Both the position numbers and the translations under genes were made by a program. From contig OZ242201.1 of NCBI GenBank assembly GCA_965206105.1, forward strand, positions 588,852 to 652,851: a stretch of 64,000 nucleotides of DNA, given 5' to 3'. Below are positions 34,401 through 43,724 of this stretch, piece by piece. Below the pieces are notes generated by a model, which saw only the letters and a list, made by a program, of their open reading frames with translations, did no database searches and was not told the DNA's origin. The stretch is from Longimicrobiales bacterium. GTDB lineage: Bacteria; Gemmatimonadota; Gemmatimonadetes; Longimicrobiales; Gaopeijiaceae. Every line of letters starts with the position of its first letter. Within the stretch, counting starts at the first letter, position 1.

Positions 34401-37400
34401 CGCCGGCGAGGTATTCACCGTCCGCCTCGTCTTCAGCGAGGAGTTCGCCGTGACGGCCGACCAGATCCGGGCTGGGCTGACGGTGACCGGCGGTTCGCTG
34501 ACGGCGCTGGCCCGGGTCACCGACGGCGAGGACCGCCAATGGGATCTGACGGTCACGCCGGACGCGGCGGCGGATCCGGTGGGCCTGACGCTCACGCCGA
34601 AGGAGAGCTGCGAGACGGAGAATGCGATCTGCACGGAGCAGGGCGGCCACCTCGAGGCAGAGGCCGTCGCGGAGGTAGCCGGACGCGAGCCCACGCACGT
34701 GGTGAGCGCGCGGCTGACCTCGCACCCGGGGGCCAACGGGACCTGGGACACCGGCGAGACCGTTACGGCGGCGGTCGAGTTCAGCCGCCAGGTCAGCTAT
34801 CAGGGCCCCCCGGGCGTGACGCCGACGCTGGGGATCACGCTCGACGGGACGCGCCGGGAGGCGGCGCTCACGAGCACGGGCTGGACCGACACGCTCACCT
34901 TCAGCCACGCCGTCACCGCAGCCGACAGCGGCGCCACGACCGTCGTGTTGGTTGCGAACGGCCTGGCGCTGAACGGCACGCTTCTCTTCGATAGCGACGC
35001 CTACCGGCTCGAACCGGAAGTCCCCGCCGACACGCTCTTGACGACGCCGCTGACGGCAAGCTTCGAGGACATGCCCGAGTCGCACGACGGGAGCCGGATC
35101 CGGTTCGGCCTGACGTTGAGCGAGGAACCCAGTGTCGGCCATACGGCCCTCCGCGACGAGGCGTTCGAGGTCACTGGCGGCACCGTCTTCGGCGCGCAGC
35201 GCAAGGAGTCTGGGAGCAACCGCCGCTGGACGATCTCGGTCGACCCGGACTCGGCGGCCGCAACGGTGACGATCACGCTGCCGGAGACCACGGACTGCGA
35301 AGCGGCGGGCGCGGTCTGCACGGCAGACGGCCGGCCGCTATTGGGCTCGCTGTCGGCGACGGTCGAGGGCGAGGAGCGCGGCCCGGAGCTGAGCGTGGGC
35401 GACGCGAGCGCGACGGAGGGCGACACGGTCGCCTTTGCGGTTTCGTTGTCGGTGGCGAGGGACGAGCAGGTGACGGTGGACTACGCGACCTCGGACGGGG
35501 CGGCGGAGAGCGGCACGGATTTCACGGCCGCGTCGGGCACTCTGACCTTCGCCCCGGGCGAGCTGTCGAAGACGGTGGGCGTCGCGACGGCCGACGACTC
35601 GGACGACGAGGAGGACGAGACCTTCACGCTGACGCTGAGCAACGCCTCCGGCGCGGGCCTGCGCGGCGCAACGGCGACCGGCACGATCGTCGACAACGAT
35701 TCAACGGTGCTCACCGTGAGCTTCGAGGATCTGCCGGAGTCACACAACGGGATGGCGCTTAATGTGCGCCTCGCGTTCAGCGAGGAGGTGGAGGTTGGCC
35801 ACGAGACGATTCGCAGCGCGTTGGAGGTGACGGGCGGCTCGGTGACCGGCGTGAGCCGCAGTCAAGGCGCCAGCAACCGACGCTGGAGGGTCACGGTCGA
35901 GCCCGCTTCGAAGACGGACACGGTGACGGTCACGCTGCCGGAGACGACGAACTGCGACGCAAGCGGCGCGATCTGCACCGGGGACGACCGGCCGCTGTCG
36001 CACTCGCTGTCCGCGACGATTGCCCCGCCGACGCTGCTGACCGCGACCTTCGAGGACATGCCGGCCACCCACGACGGGACCCGGATCAGGTTCGGCCTGT
36101 CGTTCAGCGAGGAGCTGGAGGTCAGCCACCTGACGCTGCGCGACGAGGCGTTCGAGGTGACGGGCGGCACGCTGTTCGGCGCTCAGCGCAAGGAGAGAGG
36201 CAGCGACCGGCGCTGGACGGTATCGGTCGATCCGGTCTCGGCGGACAGCACCGTGACGATCACGCTGCTGGAGACGACGGACTGCGACGCGGACGGCGCG
36301 ATCTGCACGTACGACAACCGGCCGCTGTCGCACTCGCTGTCGGACACGGTGGCGGTCGAAGGGGAGGAGCCGACCGTCCCGTCGCTTGCGGTGGCTGACG
36401 CGAGCGCCGCCGAGGGCGACACGATCACATTCACGGTGTCGCTGTCGGCCGCGAGCACCGACCAGGTGACGGTCGACTACGCGACCGCGAGCGGTACGGC
36501 GGAGAGCGGAACCGACTTCACGGCGGTGTCGGGCACACTGACCTTCGAAGCGGGCGACAGTTCGAAGACCGTGAGCGTGGCGACAACGGACGACTCGGAC
36601 GAGGAGGAGGACGAGTCATTCACGCTGACCTTGAGCAACGCCTCCGGTGCAGGCCTCGGCGACGTCACGGCGACGGGCACGATCGTCGACAACGACGCCA
36701 GCGTAACGCCGCTGACGGCGACCTTCGAGGACGTGCCGGAGTCGCACGACGGCAGCCGGATCAGTTTCAGCCTGACGTTCAGCGAGGAGCCCAGCGTGGG
36801 CTACCGGACGCTGCGCGACGAGGCCTTCGAGGTGACGGGCGGCACGGTCTTTGGTGCCCAGCGCAAGGAGACGGGCAGCAACCGCCGCTGGACGATCTCG
36901 GTGGATCCGGACTCGGCGACCGCAACGGTGACGATCACCCTGCCGGAGACGACGGACTGCGAGGCGGAGGAAGCGATCTGCACGGACGACGAGCGGCCGC
37001 TGTCGCACTCGCTGACGGACACGGTGGCGGTGGAAGTGGAAGAGCCGACCGTTCCGTCGCTTGCCGTGGGCGACGCCAGCGCCACCGAGGGCGACGCGGT
37101 CACATTCACGGTGTCGCTGTCGGAGGCGAGCGGCCAGCGGGTGACGGTCGACTACGCGACCTCGGGCGGTACGGCGGCGAGCGGAACCGACTTCACGGCC
37201 GCGTCGGGGACGCTGACGTTCGACGCGGGCCAAACGTCGAAGACGGTGAGCGTCGCGACGATCGACGACGCGGTCGACGAGGAGGACGAGACGTTCACGC
37301 TCACCCTGGGCAACCCCTCCGGCGCGAGCCTCGGCGACGCCGCGGCGACCGGCACGATCGTCGACAACGACACCGAAGCGCCCGAGCCGCTGACGGCGAC

Positions 37401-38484
37401 CTTCGAGGACATGCCCGGCACCCACAACGGAAGCGCGTTCACCTTCGGGCTGACCTTCAGCGAGGAGTTCTCGGTCAGCTACCGGACGTTGCGCGACTCG
37501 GCGTTCGCCGTGACGGGCGGCTCGGTGACCCGGGCGAAGCGCAAACAACCGGCCAGCAACCTGCGTTGGACGATCACGGTCGAGCCGGCTTCGACAAGCG
37601 ACACGGTGACGATCACGCTGCGGGAGACCACGGATTGCGCTGCGACGGGCGCGATCTGCACGGCGGACAACCGGCCGCTGTCGCACTCGCTGACGGACAC
37701 GGTCATCGACGCGGCCTCGTCGTCCTCGAGTGACATCGCCGGCGGAACCGAGCAGGGCGAAGCGGAGGCCGCGCTGGCCGCCGCGGGCGGCATCACCCCG
37801 GAGGAGGCCGCCGCCGCGCTGTTCGGCGAGGGGCGGCTGAGCGAGTCGCAGCTGGACGCCCTCGACCGCCTCGGCAACCGGAACGGCCGCTACGACATCG
37901 GCGATCTGGTCGCCTGGAGGGAGCGCTGCCGCCAGGGCACCGCGGACTGCGGGGGAAGCCCCGCGAGCCCGGGGCCGGCGGGTGCGGCGGCGCTGCTTGC
38001 GGCCGTGCCCGGCGGCCGCAGAGGGTCGCGGGGTGGTCCGGGAGGGCGGAGGGGTGCCGGGCGACGGCGGCGGACGGCCGCGCCCCGCCAGGCCCTGGCG
38101 ATGCTCTTCGCCGTGGCCCTGGCCTGGTCCTGCACCGACGGCGGCCTGGTCGAACCGGCCGTCCCCGAACAGGCCCCGGACCCGGGCTTCCTCACCGTGT
38201 CGCTGGTCACGCCGGCCGACAGCCGCGACAGCGGCGTGCTGCTGGAACTCGATGGCCCGGGCATCGCGGAGGTGCGGGCTCCCGGGTTCGAGCTGTTCGA
38301 ATCCAGAGCCTCGGGGCGCCATCAGGTCATGGTAGCGGGCGCGCTGCGGGCGGGCCGCGTCCTTCAGATCCGCGTGCCGGACCGCAACCGGGTCTCGCTC
38401 TACCGGGTCCGCGTGATGCAGGTCGCGGGAGAGGACTACGCACTCAGGGACGAAGCGGAGTACCGGACGGTGATCACGCGGTGA
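31417..38484 (+). CDS. giant modular surface protein 2 (FN3, many Ig-like repeats, two-Cys repeat x6, Calx-beta x3, shared C-terminal cassette)
   Basis: Signal-like RRLAAAFLFACAFGALATGAAAQ. FN3 (PRNLTKE...IRARNSDG). A series of about 100-aa repeats ends in V(G/S)Y..P; the Ig-like/Big_5-like assignment is tentative. Calx-beta signatures. Confidence 0.85.
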   Translation: MTRRVRGIELVGDERAVGGSLARRHGRRLAAAFLFACAFGALATGAAAQNEPGAPRNLTKELADTNDVIVRWDPPDRGGPVEYYQYLIGDPEGFGSFWRRIAGSDSTTTSYTFEDVPGGESQLNIRARNSDGAGQRASVIVRINRPATGQPRISGRRHVPNRLRANLHLVEDEDGLRKELLDGSSHNPYRYQWLRGDAEPEACDFTRFGRKEYEMGLAKEYRLKPADAGDSLRVAVCFRDLMSETNVEMVISDYTEVIEADTRPPGVKRAFTSEGGGGVTLFFDEILNPGADPLDDIDENDPPAECDSSWLPPRSAFRVSVEGGKRTYRPREVTVQYCSKSTGRRDRIGPLDGRVHLDLGTTQLFNRGIKQGQSVRVIYTDPTSDDDKAALQDRTGNDVVSFDVEVENRSTQAPSDEDVSAEPKPKSVWVPPDGRTIRITFDEPLNPERESPADAFTVTQGNASLSVNNALLDGPRARVTLQVYPRVRQGGSVTVGYRNPGGNDALQDVDGLLAKTFSRRAANSSALKPGLRPVSAEVQADGLEVEMRFNTRLLENDVSPGAFTMQVGGTAYTFGDIEFFDNGNYMLLSQFGGVVPADETVTVGYTEPAHGALLLAQDSRTAGSFSRFGATNSSEWRDVPVAVDAVAEELDAFDILFVGELDTTVGSPPNSAFNVTIDGTATTFDSVRVVASDRVRISGLARQMKTGQRVVVSYTQPATGIVLQSATTGNALAGFELRVTLVFPPKPVGAQVSESVRHRLWIEFDRPISPDNFPPTSAFTVKVNGVARTVHSVSRGSASEPELVYLTFPTLVRGDPVTVSYEKPAGSRRLRGTNSREVGSFSDYRVDNPNPGVPRLLRLTWSLEDDEDRFSKVLVNLTFDADLSSSLPSESAFTGSTFTVAQGGGVNRVRFDVDEVWLDSNNPRRLRLKTSIFEASIREEIVIGYTKPTSGNTLQGARGHEVPSFSFTGDAVRANGQNAPPSPVTAEFTQLPLLHAGEVFTVRLVFSEEFAVTADQIRAGLTVTGGSLTALARVTDGEDRQWDLTVTPDAAADPVGLTLTPKESCETENAICTEQGGHLEAEAVAEVAGREPTHVVSARLTSHPGANGTWDTGETVTAAVEFSRQVSYQGPPGVTPTLGITLDGTRREAALTSTGWTDTLTFSHAVTAADSGATTVVLVANGLALNGTLLFDSDAYRLEPEVPADTLLTTPLTASFEDMPESHDGSRIRFGLTLSEEPSVGHTALRDEAFEVTGGTVFGAQRKESGSNRRWTISVDPDSAAATVTITLPETTDCEAAGAVCTADGRPLLGSLSATVEGEERGPELSVGDASATEGDTVAFAVSLSVARDEQVTVDYATSDGAAESGTDFTAASGTLTFAPGELSKTVGVATADDSDDEEDETFTLTLSNASGAGLRGATATGTIVDNDSTVLTVSFEDLPESHNGMALNVRLAFSEEVEVGHETIRSALEVTGGSVTGVSRSQGASNRRWRVTVEPASKTDTVTVTLPETTNCDASGAICTGDDRPLSHSLSATIAPPTLLTATFEDMPATHDGTRIRFGLSFSEELEVSHLTLRDEAFEVTGGTLFGAQRKERGSDRRWTVSVDPVSADSTVTITLLETTDCDADGAICTYDNRPLSHSLSDTVAVEGEEPTVPSLAVADASAAEGDTITFTVSLSAASTDQVTVDYATASGTAESGTDFTAVSGTLTFEAGDSSKTVSVATTDDSDEEEDESFTLTLSNASGAGLGDVTATGTIVDNDASVTPLTATFEDVPESHDGSRISFSLTFSEEPSVGYRTLRDEAFEVTGGTVFGAQRKETGSNRRWTISVDPDSATATVTITLPETTDCEAEEAICTDDERPLSHSLTDTVAVEVEEPTVPSLAVGDASATEGDAVTFTVSLSEASGQRVTVDYATSGGTAASGTDFTAASGTLTFDAGQTSKTVSVATIDDAVDEEDETFTLTLGNPSGASLGDAAATGTIVDNDTEAPEPLTATFEDMPGTHNGSAFTFGLTFSEEFSVSYRTLRDSAFAVTGGSVTRAKRKQPASNLRWTITVEPASTSDTVTITLRETTDCAATGAICTADNRPLSHSLTDTVIDAASSSSSDIAGGTEQGEAEAALAAAGGITPEEAAAALFGEGRLSESQLDALDRLGNRNGRYDIGDLVAWRERCRQGTADCGGSPASPGPAGAAALLAAVPGGRRGSRGGPGGRRGAGRRRRTAAPRQALAMLFAVALAWSCTDGGLVEPAVPEQAPDPGFLTVSLVTPADSRDSGVLLELDGPGIAEVRAPGFELFESRASGRHQVMVAGALRAGRVLQIRVPDRNRVSLYRVRVMQVAGEDYALRDEAEYRTVITR
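37636..38484 (+). repeat. near-identical 849-bp 3' cassette (copy 2)
   Basis: See 30194..31042. Confidence 0.9.
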
Positions 38485-41400
38485 TGGGTCCGGGGCGTGG
38501 ACGCGGCGCGGACGATGGTATCGGCACGGCAAGTGGGTGCAGCGGCCCCGGTGTGCCAGGCTCCCCGACCCGCGCATGGGTCGCGGCCGCATGGCTGGTC
38601 CTGTCATTCGCATGCCTCGTTCCCCAAGCTGCCGCCGCCCAGCCCCCCCCTCCGCCTCCCCGCAAGATGTGGGTCCTGGCGTGGACCGAGGACTTCAACG
38701 GCACCACGGTCGACTGGTCGAAATGGAACCACAGGAGCGAGGCGCTAAGGAGAGTTCGCACCCACGGCGGACGCAGGATCCATTGGCGGTACGAGCACGA
38801 CAACGTCGGTCTCGCGAACGGCCACCTGGTCTTGCGCAACACCCGGCAGCAGCAGGGCGGCAGTTTCGACATGGTCAGGGCCGCCGCGATCGACACCAAG
38901 GGCAAGTTCGAGCAGACCTACGGGTACTTCGAAGCCAGAATCAGGATCGCCCCCACCGCCGACGGCATCCACACGGCCTTCTGGCTTCAGAACGACGATC
39001 GGGACAAGAGGCCCAGTGAAGGTGGGGTCGGTGGCCCCTCCGACGGAGCCGAAATCGACATCCTCGAGTCGGTGTATACCAGCAACCACTATGGAATGGC
39101 CGTCCATTGGGACCAATACAGGTCGGTCAGCGAGAAACTGGACTTCGCTCCGATACACGACGGACAGTTCCACGTCTATTCGCTCGCGTGGACACCGGAC
39201 GGCTACACGTTCTATGCGGATGGAGAGCGGAAGACGGAGATGTCGGATGGCCTGTCCCACAGTGACGGATACGTCATTCTCTCCACCGGGGTGAGCTGGG
39301 GTCAGGGCAATGCCCACACCGGGACGTTCCCCAACGAGGCCCTGGTGGACTGGATCCGGGTGTACGAGTTGGCGGACGACCCCTCGTTCAACTATGCGCC
39401 GGTAGGCAAACCCACCATATCGAGTCTGGGCGGCACGCTGATCGCATCCGCCACCGACATCCGCGACGAGGACGGACTGACCGACCCGGCCTTCGAGTGG
39501 CAGTGGTACGTCGGCGATGGCGGCGACGGCGTTGGTGAGGCGATCTCCGGAGCCACCGAACCCGAATACGCGGTCAGGCAATCCGACTTCGGCAGGTCGC
39601 TCATTGTGCAGGTGGCCTTCACCGACGACCGCGGCACCGAAGAGAGCGTCTACAGCGATCCGTTTCCCGTCACTCATCCGCCGGTGATCACCAGCACCGG
39701 TCCGTTCACGGTGAACGAGGGGCAAACGTCGGTGGCGGCCCTGACGGCGACGGACGAGGACACGCCGGTCGAGGACCTGGTGTGGTCCATCGAGGGCGGC
39801 GCCGACGGAGATCACTTCACCTTGACCGGGAGCAACGTGCTGGCCTTCCGGGTGGCCAAGGACTTCGAGGCGCTGGACGACACCGGTCGCGACGGAAGCT
39901 ACGAAGTCGTGGTGCGGGTGGGCGACGGCGCGAACACGGCGAGCGATACCCTGGCCGTCACGCTCCTGGATGTGTACGAGGAGCAACCCCGGCGTCCCCC
40001 TCCCCCTCCCGGCAAGCGCTGGGTACTGGCGTGGAGCGAGGGCTTCAACGGCACCACGCTCGATTGGTCGAAATGGAACCACAGGAACGAAACCTATCGG
40101 CCTGAGCGCACGCATGGCGGACACAGGATCCATTGGCGGTACGACCACGGCAACGTCAGTCTCGCGAACGGCCATCTGGTCTTGCGCAACAATCTGCAGC
40201 AGTCGGGCGACGGTGCCGTCGTGGTCAAGGCTGCCGCGATCGACACCAAGGACAAGTTCGAGCAGACCTACGGCTATTTCGAGGCGAGCATCAGGATCGC
40301 TCCCACCGCGGACGGCATCCACACGGCCTTCTGGCTCCAGAACGACAACCGGCACATGAAGGCCAGCAACGGCGGTGTCGATGGGCCCTCCGACGGAGCC
40401 GAAATCGACATCTTCGAGTCGGTTTACACCCAGAACCTCTATGCCGTGGCCGCGCATTGGGACGATGGCGCCAGCGTCTCGGCAGACGCGGACTTCGCTT
40501 CGATACACGACGGACAGTTCCACGTCTATTCGCTCGCGTGGACACCGGACGGCTACACCTTCTACGCGGATGGAGAGCGCACGACGGAGATGTCCGGTGG
40601 CCTGTCCCACAGTGACGGATACGTGATTCTCTCCACCGGCGTGAGCTGGGCTGGCGGCAATGCCAATACCGGCACGTTCCCCAACGAGGCCCTGGTGGAC
40701 TGGATCCGGGTGTACGAGCTGGCGGACGACCTCTCGGTCAACGCTGAGCCCGAAGGCAAACCTACCATCTCGGCTGGGCCGAACGGGAGCGGCACGCTGA
40801 TCGCATCCGCCACCGACATCCGCGACGAGGACGGACTGACCGACCCGGCCTTCGAGTGGCAGTGGTACGTCGGCGATGGCGGCGACGGCGTTGGTGAGGC
40901 GGTCGCCGGGGCCACCGAACCCGAATACGCGGTCAGGCAATCGGACTTCGGCAGGTCGCTCACTGTGCAGGTGGCCTTCACCGACGACCGCGGCACCGAA
41001 GAGAGCGTCTACAGCGATCCGTTTCCGGTCACTCACCCGCCGGTGATCACCAGCACCGGTCCGCTCACGGTGAACGAGGGGGAAACGTCGGTGGCGGCCC
41101 TGACGGCGACGGACGAGGACACGCCGGTCGGGGACCTGGTGTGGTCCGTCGAGGGCGGCGCCGACGGAGATCACTTCACCTTGACCGGGGGCAACGTGCT
41201 GGCCTTCCGGGTGGCCAAGGACTTCGAGGCGCTGGACGACACCGGTCGCGACGGAAGCTACGAAGTCGTGGTGCGGGTGGGCGACGGCGCGAACACGGCG
41301 AGCGATACCCTGACCGTCACGCTCCTGGATGTGGATGACGAGACAGCGCCGGAGCTTCAGGGCGCCGAGGCGAGCACGGACTCGGTGGTGCTGACCTACA

Positions 41401-43450
41401 GCGAGGCGCTCGACGAGTCCTCGACGCCCGCGGCGGCGGCGTTCGCGGTGACGGTGGCGGGCGAGGTGTGGAGCCTTGCGGCGACAGGCCCCGTGGCGGT
41501 GAGCGGATCGACCGTGACGCTGGCGCTCGACTCGGCGGCGGCGCCCGGCGACACGGTTGAGGTGAGCTACACCCCGCCGCTCGCCGACGCCCTGCAGGAC
41601 ACCGCGGGCAACCGCGCGGCTTCGGCGACGATCGCGGCCAGCGTCCCCGCGGACACGGTGGTGACGCCCGTGGTGACGGTGCCGCTGACGGCGGAGTTCC
41701 AGGGGCTTCCGGAGCGTCACGACGGCGGGCCGTTCACCTTCCAGCTGGTGTTCAGCGAGGAGTTCAGCGTCAGCTACCAGACGCTGCGCGACGAGGCGTT
41801 CGAGGTGACGGGCGGCACGGTCTTCGGCGCCCAGCGCAAGGAGACGGGCAGCAACCGCCGCTGGACGATCTCGGTCGATCCGGACTCGGCGGACATAGCG
41901 GTGACGATCACGCTCCCCGAAACGGCGGACTGCAATGCGGCCGGCGCGATCTGCGCGGAGGAGAACCGGCGGCTGTCGCACTCGCTGACGGCGACGGTCG
42001 AGGGCGAGGCGGCGGCCGTCCCGTCGCTTGCCGTGGCCGACGCCAGCGCCACGGAGGGCGCCGCGGTCGCATTCACGGTGTCGTTGTCGGAGGCGAGCAG
42101 CGGACAGGTGACGGTCGACTACGCGACCTCGGGTGGGACCGCCGTGAGCGGAACCGACTTCACGGCGGCGTCGGGGACGCTGACCTTCGCCGCGGGTGAC
42201 AGCTCAAGACGGTGAGCGTCGCAACGGCCGACGACACGGTGGACGAGAACGACGAGACATTCACGCTGACCTTGAGCAACGCCTCCGGTGCGAGCCTCGG
42301 CGACAACGCCACGGCGACCGGCACGATCGTCGACAACGACACCACCGCAACGCCGCTGACGGCGACCTTCGAGAACATGCCGGAGACGCACCACGACATT
42401 GCGTTCGAATTCGCGCTGAAGTTCAGCGAGGAATTCCCGATCAGCTACAAGACGTTGCGCGACGGTGCGTTCAACGTCACGGGCGGCGAGGTGACAGGTG
42501 CGCGGCGCCGGCTGAAGAGCAGCAACCTCATCTGGTTCATCCAAGTCGATCCGGCCTCGGCGAACGACACGGTGACGATCACGCTGCGGGAGACGACGGA
42601 CTGCGATGCGGCCGGCGCGATCTGCACGGCGGACAACCGGCCGCTGTCGCACTCGCTGACGGACACGGTCATCGACGCGGCCTCGTCGGCCTCGAGTGAC
42701 ATCGCCGGCGGCACCGCACGGGACGAAGTGGAGGCCGCGCTGGCCCTAGCGGGCGGCATCACCCCGGAGGAGGCCGCCGCCGCGCTGTTCGGCGAGGGGC
42801 GGCTGAGCGAGTCGCAGCTGGACGCCCTCGACCGTCTCGGCAACCGGAACGGCCGCTACGACCTCGGCGACATGCTGGCCTGGATCGAACGCTGCAGGCA
42901 GGGCAACGCGGACTGCGGGGGAAGCCCCGCGAGCCCGGGCCCGGCGGCTGCGGCCGCGCTGCTCGCGTTCGTGCCCGGCGGCCGCAGAGGGTCGCGGGGT
43001 GGTCCGGGAGGGCGGCGCGGGGCCGGGCGTGGGCGCCGGGCCGCCGCGCCCCGCCACGCTCTGGCTATCCTCTTCGCCGCGGCCCTGGCGCTGTCCTGCA
43101 CCGACGGCGGCCTGGTCGAACCGGCCGCCCCTGAACAGGCCCCGGACCCGGGCCTCCTCAATGTGTCACTGGTCACGCCGGCCGCCAGTCGCGACAGCGG
43201 CGTGCTGCTGGAACTCGAGGGCCCGGGCATCGCGGAAGTGCGGGCTCCCGGGTTCGAGCTCTTCGAATCCCGAGCCTCGGGGCGGCATCAGGTCATGGTA
43301 GCGGGCTCGCTGCGGGAGGGCCGCGTCCTCCGGATCCGCGTGCCGGACCGCAACCGGCTCTCGCTCTACAGGGTCCGCGTGATCCAGGTCGCCGCCGAGG
43401 ACTACCAACTCAGGGACGAAGCGGAGTACCGGGCGGTGATCACGCGGTGA
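38484..43450 (+). pseudogene. giant modular surface protein 3 (two GH16-like + Ig-like + cadherin-like blocks, two-Cys repeat x2, Calx-beta, C-terminal cassette), broken by a 1-nt frameshift near 42208
   Basis: ORFs 38481..42215 and 42212..43450 join into one protein when compared with gene 4 (48417..48427 CTCAAGGACGG versus 42203..42212 CTCAAGACGG). GH16-type catalytic motifs EIDILE and EIDIFE. Signal peptide AWVAAAWLVLSFACLVPQAAAAQ. Confidence 0.7.
38643..41351 (+). repeat. internal tandem duplication of a ~1.35-kb GH16-like/Ig-like/cadherin-like block
   Basis: TGGGTCCTGGCGTGG at 38670 and TGGGTACTGGCGTGG at 40020, an offset of 1350. The unit ends are offset by 1359 (a 9-nt indel). Confidence 0.85.
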
Positions 43451-43551
43451 CGACCCGGGGCGCGCCCGTGGTGCGGGCGATTCGCGCGAATGCCGCATTG
43501 GGCACAACGGCTCATTCCTGCGGTGCGGATTGGGAAGGCGCACCAAAAAGC

Positions 43552-43588
43552 GTAAAGCAAACATTACCATATGTCGTGTTTACTTTAC
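43552..43588. repeat. 37-bp AT-rich bipartite element, copy D (units inverted)
   Basis: GTAAAGCAAACATTAC-CATAT-GTCGTGTTTACTTTAC, upstream of giant gene 4. Confidence 0.8.
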
Positions 43589-43724
43589 AAACCAGTCCAG
43601 CCCTTGACATCGGCAAACGCTGTTAGCTCGTCGTCTTGTGTCGTAGTATCTTGATTGGTCGAGAATGTATAGAAATGTATCGACCCGAAAACTGAGGCCA
43701 GCCTACCGCCAGCAGGCAGGACCC

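Noticed and set aside
43552-43588. The 37-bp element as a fixed-distance promoter for leaderless mRNAs, or as a LexA/Fur/Zur-type box.
   Set aside because: The ATG position relative to the units differs between copies: inside unit 2 in B and E, 1 nt after unit 2 in C, spanning the spacer and unit 2 in A and D. GTAA..TTAC ends resemble Fur-family half sites, but the unit is strongly asymmetric. I cannot tie it to any known box from sequence alone.
43571-43654. A short ORF (MSCLLYKPVQPLTSANAVSSSSCVVVS) starting at the ATG inside element copy D.
   Set aside because: Its first residues only mirror the conserved DNA motif (copy A gives MSCSPY.. out of frame). There is no Shine-Dalgarno sequence and no coding-like composition.
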